From assembly GCF_000018105.1 (NCBI RefSeq), contig NC_009925.1, positions 2,550,001 through 2,582,000 of the forward strand: DNA of 32,000 nt, read 5' to 3'. A model generated the notes under the pieces. That model was not told where the DNA came from. It ran no database searches and saw only the letters and a program-made list of their open reading frames with translations. The position numbers and the translations under genes are program-made. Numbering within the stretch: position 1 is the first letter of the stretch; each line of letters starts with the position of its first letter. Shown one piece after another: positions 16,858 through 24,312 of this stretch. Source of the DNA: Acaryochloris marina MBIC11017 (GTDB lineage Bacteria; Cyanobacteriota; Cyanobacteriia; Thermosynechococcales; Thermosynechococcaceae).

Positions 16858-18078
16858 TTAAATAATTAGCCAGGTTACTAAACCCCAAAAAGGCACGAAT
16901 CGCAGCCACCGTTTTTTAGGATTAGTTTCTACAGCACCTAGCAGAACAATCTGAAAAAGCGTAAAGAAGACAAAGTCCACACAGAAGGCAGCGGAGACCC
17001 GGTTTATCGTTACCTGAGTCCCGAAATAGTTAAGTCGCTCTGCCACAGTGCCAAATTCTGGTCCAATAAACCCAAACCAGAACAGCGCCATCCCACTCAC
17101 CAAAAACCCTATCCAACCAAAGGCCCGAGCTAAAAGCCCTTTCGAAGGCGATGGTATGTCTTCAGGGAGGGGCATGGCAGCTCTCATGGCCATATACGGA
17201 ATCATAAAAGCATTCGTCAGAAAGAGCGCCATACTCCAAATCGGCACTTTGGGTAGCTTTTGGCTACGCACATCAGCTAACAGTAAGGGCAAGAAAATAA
17301 AAATCCAAGCAATGGCAAAGTTGAAAAAGGCTTGGTCTACCGGATGAACCAGAGGCGCTTCCAGGTAGTGAATGCCTAGCATGTTAGCTAAGGGCAAGAT
17401 AAAGAAGAAGTTGAGGGACTCATTCAGCACTTCCTGCCAGGTTTCCGCTTGAATCGCCCATACTGGTTCTCCAGGCATCAGTTGTCCTGGTGGAGAGAGA
17501 AACAGGATATAAATATAGGCTCCAGCCAAAAGCCAGAGCAGTCTGGATATCCACGGCTGAGACGAATCTGGCGGGCTGGCTGAAGACTGAAGTGATGTTT
17601 CCCCAGGCTCAGCGGGTTTCAGTAGCAGCCGCACTAAGGGGGCAATCAAGCGCAGAATCAAAAATGCGCCTTTACCAGGCTTGATCACAGGTTCAACCAA
17701 ATCCCGGGCAAAGATCAGTTTTCCAGTTTTCTCAGATAGTCGGCAAAAGCTAACCCCTCGTCCATTGGGTAGGGGAATACCACCCAGCTCCACATGCCAG
17801 AGAATACCTACCGCAAGAGCATCACCTTCCGTAATGTCGTCCACCACAAATAACAAGTCTGCAGGCATCCCTTTACAAGATTCAGTGAATAGCTCCCCCA
17901 CTGCTGCTTTCCCTTGAAAAGGTATCGGAAAATTTAGGTCTTGATAACAACAGTCTGGATCAACATATTCCAGGGCTTTGGCAACATTGCGCTCATTAAT
18001 GGCCTCATACATGGCCTGAATGAGGAGATGGGCTGGGAGTGTCATGGGGTTCAGGACATAGAGGAGAACATCGGTCAT
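16858..18078 (-). CDS. NTF2/SnoaL-like domain fused to a polytopic membrane domain (hypothetical)
   Basis: 406 aa. The N-terminal ~130 aa (LIQAMYEAINERNVAKALEYVDPDCCYQD...GRGVSFCRL..GKLIFARDLVE) has the SnoaL/NTF2-like pattern. The remainder has about 6 hydrophobic helices. Confidence 0.6.
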   Translation of the reverse strand: MTDVLLYVLNPMTLPAHLLIQAMYEAINERNVAKALEYVDPDCCYQDLNFPIPFQGKAAVGELFTESCKGMPADLLFVVDDITEGDALAVGILWHVELGGIPLPNGRGVSFCRLSEKTGKLIFARDLVEPVIKPGKGAFLILRLIAPLVRLLLKPAEPGETSLQSSASPPDSSQPWISRLLWLLAGAYIYILFLSPPGQLMPGEPVWAIQAETWQEVLNESLNFFFILPLANMLGIHYLEAPLVHPVDQAFFNFAIAWIFIFLPLLLADVRSQKLPKVPIWSMALFLTNAFMIPYMAMRAAMPLPEDIPSPSKGLLARAFGWIGFLVSGMALFWFGFIGPEFGTVAERLNYFGTQVTINRVSAAFCVDFVFFTLFQIVLLGAVETNPKKRWLRFVPFWGLVTWLII

Positions 18079-18219
18079 CTGGGCAGTTGAGCAGCAGACA
18101 TACTGTCAACAAAGCCAGCCTTCTGACACTGATGCCCGCCCAAACGCTCGGCCAAGAGCGACCGACAGCTTCATTTTACTCAAGGTTAGCGAGTCCCCTC
18201 ATGCTTTATACCCTCCCTC

Positions 18220-18789
18220 TCAGAGTTCTTGAGGAACTCGTATGTCTGGGAAGGGAAACGACGAATATCGGGCAGTAACCAATTTGCCTTCTGGATTAAA
18301 ACTGATGAAGATTGCATCACAGTCTAGAAGTACGTTATGGGGGTCAACTAGATAGAGCTTTTTGGAAATACCAACTTTCTTTTCCTCCTGATTCGGCCTC
18401 CAATTCTCTTCACTGGGTAATCGGAAAGACGTACCCGCATAAGTTTGTGTAACGGCAGCTCTCACTTCTGGGAGGGTCATATCTGGATGCAGAGAAAAGT
18501 AAAAGCTCACAAAAGGCCTAACCGGTGACCAGAAGAAGAAGGTAACTAGGACTGCCAGGGGCTGAATCAGGAAAAGATAACGCCACCTTTGCCATCTAAA
18601 GGCAAACACTGTCGTCATAGAGAAGAGAAGTGAAGTTAACCATAGTAAGAACCAAAACCCGAGAGCAATTGAGTCACTCACGAGGTATATCAAGCAGCTG
18701 TAACAGATGGAGATGAGCAAAAGCCAGATAAAAAAAATTGGTGTCATCTTCGAACTCATCTCTTCAGGCTCTGATAGAGTGCCATACAA
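18220..18789 (-). CDS. hypothetical membrane protein (about 4 TM plus soluble C-terminus)
   Basis: 189-aa ORF with a hydrophobic N-terminal half. No recognised motif. Confidence 0.5.
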   Translation of the reverse strand: MYGTLSEPEEMSSKMTPIFFIWLLLISICYSCLIYLVSDSIALGFWFLLWLTSLLFSMTTVFAFRWQRWRYLFLIQPLAVLVTFFFWSPVRPFVSFYFSLHPDMTLPEVRAAVTQTYAGTSFRLPSEENWRPNQEEKKVGISKKLYLVDPHNVLLDCDAIFISFNPEGKLVTARYSSFPFPDIRVPQEL

Positions 18790-18937
18790 ATGCTATGAAA
18801 CTATCGTGCGATCGCAGCTTGTATATGCATCAGGATCAGCGCATTATGTCGACGCTATTTCCCTGAGTACCACAGCACGAATCAGCGTCTGATACCCTTT
18901 CACTCAGCTTTTTGCTAAATACTGAACCCCGCTGTTT

Positions 18938-20158
18938 TTATAGGAGAGACTGGGTGAGTTGCTCTTGCGTCGGTATATCAGCAGGCAAAAACGTTCTTAA
19001 ATCATCCTTAGTCGGTCTGGCTAAAGCAGCCAAACGGCCACATTGCATTGCAACACAACGATCAAAAAGGTTTCTCACAAAGCGGCCGTTTCCCAATTCG
19101 CCGATTTGGGTTTCATATTGTCCAATTAAATGACGCATGGACTTCAAGGTTTGTGCAGAGAGAAGATAGCCATGCTGTTCACAAATCGCTTTAAAAATAT
19201 CAGCTAACTCAGATGGGGCATAATCTTCAAAATGGATCGCTCTAGAAAACCTGGACTTTAAACCAGGGTTGGAATCAATAAAACGAGACATCTCTTCTTT
19301 ATAGCCTGCAACCACCACCACCAAGTCGTTTCTGTGGTCTTCCATCATCTTGAGGAGTGTATTGATTGCCTCTTGTCCAAAGGCATCTCCACGACCATCT
19401 GCAACCAGTGCATAAGCCTCATCAATAAAAAGCACCCCTCCTAGTGCTGATTCGATCACTTGGGTGGTTTTAGGCGCTGTTTGACCCACATATTCAGCGA
19501 CTAAATGACTTCGATCAACTTCGATAAAATGTCCTTCTGACACCACACCCAAATGTTTATAAATCTTTCCCAGCAGCCTCGCGACCGTGGTTTTGCCCGT
19601 TCCAGGATTGCCCGTGAATACTAGATGTCTTGTGATTCCAGGAGACTTGATGCCCACTTTCGCCTGCATCTGAGATACCTTGGCGATGTTGACTAACTCT
19701 TGCACTGTAGATTTAACCGTATCTAAACCCGTTAGGGCATAAAGCTGATTGAGAGCGTGTTGCAATTCCTCTTGATTACTAATTTTTTTCGTCTGATCAG
19801 GCGAAGTCTCAGCATGCTTGCTTTTTTGATTTTGTGGATTGCGATTTGTGCACTGGGGTGGCTTTGGGACTAAAGATTTTCTCCGAATTCTCTCCAAAGT
19901 CCGAACGGTTTCTTGATCCTTAGACCATTGGTATTCCAGTAAGTCTTTCAGACCAGGATTCCAACCTTTCCGAAATCCCAAGCGTCTGGCAAGTTCTTCC
20001 AATTCATCCTTTTCAAGCGGGAACTCTTGATTCAATTGTCCATAAACCCAGCCTTCCGAGAGACATAAGTGGAGTTTTTGACGAATAAGTATAGAAAGAT
20101 ATTGGTCGACGTCTTGGCGCATTGGAACGAATTTCCCCAACATTGAATTTTTAATCAC
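18938..20158 (-). CDS. AAA+ ATPase of the CbbX/SpoVK/EccA-like clade with an uncharacterised ~170-aa N-terminal region
   Basis: Walker A LVFTGNPGTGKTTVARLLG, Walker B GGVLFIDEAYAL, then FGQEAINTLLKMMEDHRNDLVVVVAGY and NPGLKSRFSRAIHFEDY, characteristic of CbbX/SpoVK-type ATPases. Confidence 0.85.
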   Translation of the reverse strand: MIKNSMLGKFVPMRQDVDQYLSILIRQKLHLCLSEGWVYGQLNQEFPLEKDELEELARRLGFRKGWNPGLKDLLEYQWSKDQETVRTLERIRRKSLVPKPPQCTNRNPQNQKSKHAETSPDQTKKISNQEELQHALNQLYALTGLDTVKSTVQELVNIAKVSQMQAKVGIKSPGITRHLVFTGNPGTGKTTVARLLGKIYKHLGVVSEGHFIEVDRSHLVAEYVGQTAPKTTQVIESALGGVLFIDEAYALVADGRGDAFGQEAINTLLKMMEDHRNDLVVVVAGYKEEMSRFIDSNPGLKSRFSRAIHFEDYAPSELADIFKAICEQHGYLLSAQTLKSMRHLIGQYETQIGELGNGRFVRNLFDRCVAMQCGRLAALARPTKDDLRTFLPADIPTQEQLTQSLL

Positions 20159-20612
20159 TTGGGATAGGGTTTATTCATCCCAGATTCATGAAAAATGTAA
20201 TGAGTCTATGCTGAACGATAGATAACACCCGAAAAATTGAGATCAGAGATTGATCGAAGAAATAGCATAATTTCTCTATAAACTCTAAATATTTGAATCA
20301 ACAAAAGAATCCATACTATTTTTTTCAGTTTGGATATAAATACTATGCTATTCATTCTCAGAAGACTGTTTTCGCCCTTGAGGCAACAGCCCAATGCCAA
20401 CAAGACAAGATCGTAAAGCGAATATTCTGGTCAATGAAATAGGCGTTAGGTGTTCGCCATTTCTAACCCATTGATTTACATATTCAATCTCTTTCTGAAT
20501 GGCCGAGCCTAGAGTTCATTTCTAGATTGCCCAATACAGGACGGCAGCGTATCAGTGTAATTTTTCAGGATTGTCTAATGGATGGAGTCGCAAAATTTTA
20601 GGCCATGCAAAT

Positions 20613-21908
20613 CTACGGCGAAGGAGTTTGCATCATGACCTTGACATTGTTATCTACTTTATCTCCAGCGCCACTGAAAATAACATCCACGGCCTTTGGA
20701 TCTTGGAGAACTGTCGCTCGAAGAAATAATGCTGTCCAAGTCCCAATCGTTTTGATTGCCAGCGCTTGAGGCATATCTTGCACCTTAGGATCCCGGATAA
20801 TAGCTGGAACCACAGCAGGCGTATTGACTGGGTTATTGGGTGCATTGCTATTCGTAATGCCAAAATGATTGGCCCCTGTGACGGATACCAGCACCTTCGT
20901 CGGATTTCCCAACTGCTGATAGGTTTCCTTTGTCTTCTCGGGAAACGAGCGCCCATCTTTTTCACCAAAGATTAAAGCGGTGGGTATCGTGTCGTTATTA
21001 ATGGGGGGAACGGGGTCACCCGTATAGGGCTTAAGGTGAGTGCCATAGAAAACAGCAGCAACCAATGCTTCTGGCTGCTTGAATTCACCATAAAGGCATT
21101 TAGGCATGGAACATCCTCCCTGAACAGCGTTTAATCCTGCAGCCCCTCCTAAAGAATGGCCTAGCAGTACCAATTGCTCCGGGTTGATGACCTCTGCCAC
21201 AGGAGAGGCAGCCGGATCTTTGATGAAATTCCAGACCTCATTGATCAGTTTCAACTCAGGGTAATACCCTGTCGTGGTTGGCGCAGGAGGTGGTACAGGC
21301 CAAAGTCTTAAGTTATTGGGAATGACGACTACAAAGCCATAGCTCGCAACCACTTTGGCATATTCGGAGTAGTGAGATTTGTCTACATTAGCGCCCTGAA
21401 GCAACAGCGCCACCGGAAAAGGCTTGGCAACCGAAGCAGAGTTGACACTTCGAGGAACAAAAATATCTGCGACATCTCCACTAGACGTAATCACCGTCTC
21501 TAACTGCTGAATCCCAGAGAAGAGGGGAGCAGGTAAGGAGGAAATTTTCAGCACCTCATCTTGTTTAGAACTCTCTATCCTGCCATCAGTTCTAAGGTCA
21601 TCTTCACCGTTATTCTTGCCGATATTTTCTCGTTCTATTTCTGCTATTACGTAGCTAGGATCTTTGCTACCAAAAGTGAAATGATGCCTATCAAACGTCC
21701 CATCAATTACACTGACAAAGTTGGCTTTTTCACTCACATTTGTATCGGTATAAAGCGTTTTCTGAGTCAAATTAGAAGCGTAAATCTGTTTGGCCAAGGC
21801 TTTCTGATGGCAGTCTCCCACTGCGAATAACGCTGATAAACCGATGCCTATGGCTCCAGGGTAAATGACAGTTAACGCGATCTTTTTATGCACAACGACA
21901 CTCTTCAA
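20613..21908 (-). CDS. alpha/beta hydrolase (chlorophyllase / PAF-acetylhydrolase-like) with N-terminal signal/anchor and ~140-aa extension
   Basis: 431 aa. Hydrophobic N-terminus. FPVALLLQGANVDKSHYSEYAKVVASYGFVVVIPN and the nucleophile elbow LLGHSLGGAAG. Confidence 0.75.
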   Translation of the reverse strand: MKSVVVHKKIALTVIYPGAIGIGLSALFAVGDCHQKALAKQIYASNLTQKTLYTDTNVSEKANFVSVIDGTFDRHHFTFGSKDPSYVIAEIERENIGKNNGEDDLRTDGRIESSKQDEVLKISSLPAPLFSGIQQLETVITSSGDVADIFVPRSVNSASVAKPFPVALLLQGANVDKSHYSEYAKVVASYGFVVVIPNNLRLWPVPPPAPTTTGYYPELKLINEVWNFIKDPAASPVAEVINPEQLVLLGHSLGGAAGLNAVQGGCSMPKCLYGEFKQPEALVAAVFYGTHLKPYTGDPVPPINNDTIPTALIFGEKDGRSFPEKTKETYQQLGNPTKVLVSVTGANHFGITNSNAPNNPVNTPAVVPAIIRDPKVQDMPQALAIKTIGTWTALFLRATVLQDPKAVDVIFSGAGDKVDNNVKVMMQTPSP

Positions 21909-22547
21909 TTAAGTGAATTAAATAATTGATGCAGAAATAAAAACCACAAAAAATGATGGTTCAATTTCTTTCAATATTGCACTTTATGGCAAGAGAAGAA
22001 AGAAGACTGGATTACCATACAGGTTCTACCTGAAAATCAATGCCTATGAGAACAGTTGTGGGTCCTCTATCGCCTATCGAGGGTCGCCACTACGATCATC
22101 AAAAGGCATAACTGCTGTAATTAGGCTTTATCAATCCCTTTTCCATGTCTATCTGGTCCATATAAACGAATGGGCCAGCAGGAACATCTTGGGTTGATCA
22201 TCCATCCACATCCCCCTCCTGAGTCCACTCTTGAAGTCGCCTTGTCTCTTGGCAGTTATGATTGACGCCAATGCCTGGCACAGAAAGATGTGCTGGAGAA
22301 TATACACGCTTGAGAAGGTATTTCTTTCCAGTCAGTACCTCTGGTCATACCGAACATGTTGCAATTAGGCCACAACCACAATTCTTCTCAAGAAAAGTTA
22401 CCGTCGGGTTTGCGCCTTCTAAAGTTCGTGCATAATACCAAAACAAAGGGAAAGCCATGCTGGGAAAGGTATTACACACTTTGCTCAGTCAACTTCCTGG
22501 ACAATGCATTAAGCCAAAAATTATTCGGTATATAGGTAAATAAGGGT

Positions 22548-23294
22548 ATGGGGCGTTACTTAATTCTCGTATATGGCATTTTCTCCTATTTGATTGGTCT
22601 GGGAGGACTGGTCTTCTTTATTCTGTTTATTGGGGGTTGGGAGTTTATGCCTGTTCATATCGACTCAGGAACGCCTGGCCCACTGGGGATTGCATTGCTG
22701 ATCAACGTCGGATTAGTGCTGCTATTCGGACTACAACATTCTGTGATGGCCCGCTCTGGATTTAAGAAAACTTGGACCAAATTGATTCCTAAAGCGGCAG
22801 AACGAAGTACCTATGTTTTGTTGTCGGGCATTATTTTGTGCCTGATCGGTCTGTACTGGCAAACTTTGCCTGGAACCCTTTGGCAGATCGATAATTCGAT
22901 TGCTCGAACCATTATTATTGCTTGCCAGCTGGTGGGTTGGGTCTTGCTGGTTCTGGCATCATTTGTGATTAACCACTTTGAATTATTTGGTTTGCAGCAG
23001 GTCTATTTCAACTTTGTGAATAAGCCAGAACCAGCCCCGAACTTTACCGATCGGTTTATCTATAAGCTGGTCCGTCATCCGATCCAACTGGGTGTTCTCG
23101 TTGGTATTTGGTTGACACCGACGATGACTATGACACATCTGATGCTATCTAGCATGATGAGCAGCTACATCTTTATTGGCTTGTACTACGAGGAGAAGGA
23201 TCTAATAGCCACTTTGGGACAAGAGTATAAAGACTATATGGAGCGGGTCTCCAAACTTCTGCCCATCCCCAAAAAAGCGACTACAGCCGAATAG
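22548..23294 (+). CDS. ICMT/PEMT-family integral membrane methyltransferase (MddA-like)
   Basis: 248 aa, polytopic. C-terminal signature ..LVRHPIQLGVLVGIW...YEEKDLIATLGQEYKDYMERVSKLLP matches the isoprenylcysteine carboxyl / phospholipid methyltransferase pattern (RHP.Y.G ... E.E..L...FG..Y..Y...V....P). Confidence 0.7.
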   Translation: MGRYLILVYGIFSYLIGLGGLVFFILFIGGWEFMPVHIDSGTPGPLGIALLINVGLVLLFGLQHSVMARSGFKKTWTKLIPKAAERSTYVLLSGIILCLIGLYWQTLPGTLWQIDNSIARTIIIACQLVGWVLLVLASFVINHFELFGLQQVYFNFVNKPEPAPNFTDRFIYKLVRHPIQLGVLVGIWLTPTMTMTHLMLSSMMSSYIFIGLYYEEKDLIATLGQEYKDYMERVSKLLPIPKKATTAE

Positions 23295-23436
23295 TGTTGG
23301 CGTTTAAGCTTTCAGTGACATTCAGTAAGAAAGACTAGGCATCTGTTGCCTACAGCAAGGCCATCCCCATGTGCCTTGCCCTTGTTTATGGGACGATAGC
23401 TTTAGGGCTGTGGATATCAAGTTTGGAGTTGGAACA

Positions 23437-23715
23437 ATGAGTCAATTCGACGTTGTTAACAAAGAATTTTATGCAATTTACGAGCGGGACAGTGGTAAAC
23501 CCCTGGTTCGCCGGATCAAAGCAGAAGATCACGATAATGCTTGGGACGTTGCTGAGGCTTTGGGGCAGAATCTTGTGGATGTCGTAGATATCCCCCCAAC
23601 AGGCGATGTCGAGTTTGCAGAGGACGACATTGCCCCTAAAACGTGGCAAATGGATCGGCAGGACTTAAGCGTTGAGTGGAACGAACGGATTGCTAACAAG
23701 ATTGATGGGGCATAA
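23437..23715 (+). CDS. small acidic hypothetical protein
   Basis: The ORF is open from 23371. The ATG at 23437 follows GGAGTTGGAACA (SD-like GGAG). 92 aa, no recognised motif. Confidence 0.45.
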   Translation: MSQFDVVNKEFYAIYERDSGKPLVRRIKAEDHDNAWDVAEALGQNLVDVVDIPPTGDVEFAEDDIAPKTWQMDRQDLSVEWNERIANKIDGA

Positions 23716-23770
23716 CTTTCGATGAGGAATGTTCTTCCCATCCACCCCTACGCCCCATTAATAAGCGAGC

Positions 23771-23807
23771 AAAAAAAGGCTCCCTTTCACACTGTGGTGA
23801 GGGGAGC
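23771..23807 (-). terminator. candidate Rho-independent terminator (minus strand)
   Basis: The minus-strand RNA reads GCUCCCCUCAC-CACAGU-GUGAAAGGGAGC then C-UUUUUUU. It has a 6-bp GC-rich basal stem (GCUCCC/GGGAGC) plus a 3-bp distal stem, followed directly by a U7 tract. No U tract follows it on the plus strand. Confidence 0.45.
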
Positions 23808-24060
23808 GGTAACTACTCATTCTTGGATTATACGAGGAATTAGGAGTGAGATGATTTCTGATCCACTGCGATTCCCCATTCTTGAACAGAACACAAAGTT
23901 GTAAGCTCTATTCTGATAAGAACGGTTTAGGTTCTTGATGTTGTTCAGAAAAGCCACAATAGGCTCTCTTACAAAGGCCGCCCACCCTCTAGGGTCTTTG
24001 TCTATTGGTAGGAACAATCATACAGATATGACTTTTACCCAAAGGCAACTTTGCAGCATC

Positions 24061-24312
24061 CTAATAATCTAGCAATTGATTCACAGTCACATCATAAATG
24101 CGTTTGAGGTGATAGCCAGGCACCATAATCATCCAGTTCACTCCCATATCAATGGACTGGTGATGGGCATAGCAAAGCGATGTGCGGCACTCAGAGTATT
24201 GTGCACGCGCTTTGCTATCCCTTGACATTTCCTCTGCCGTAGATATTTTATGGCGTTTAGGATGGACTACAGTCTCATTTGGGGTAAGGGTCAGTTGATG
24301 TTGCGTACGCAT
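24061..24312 (-). CDS. hypothetical ORF, doubtful (possible gene remnant)
   Basis: 83-aa ORF divergent from the DUF4157 gene, overlapping its probable start by 15 nt. No motif recognised. Confidence 0.2.
   Translation of the reverse strand: MRTQHQLTLTPNETVVHPKRHKISTAEEMSRDSKARAQYSECRTSLCYAHHQSIDMGVNWMIMVPGYHLKRIYDVTVNQLLDY

Noticed and set aside
20206-20403. 65-aa minus-strand ORF in the AT-rich spacer between the hydrolase and the AAA+ gene
   Set aside because: Its sequence is low-complexity and Ile/Leu/Lys/Phe-rich, as expected by chance in AT-rich DNA. It has no start context or motif.
24250-24297. Upstream extension (MAFRMDYSLIWGKGQL) of the DUF4157 ORF
   Set aside because: DUF4157 proteins typically begin with a short basic M..hA..(K/Q)K leader, as MLRTHASPLEKKP at 24298 does. 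The extension would also increase the overlap with the divergent region. The choice of start remains uncertain.
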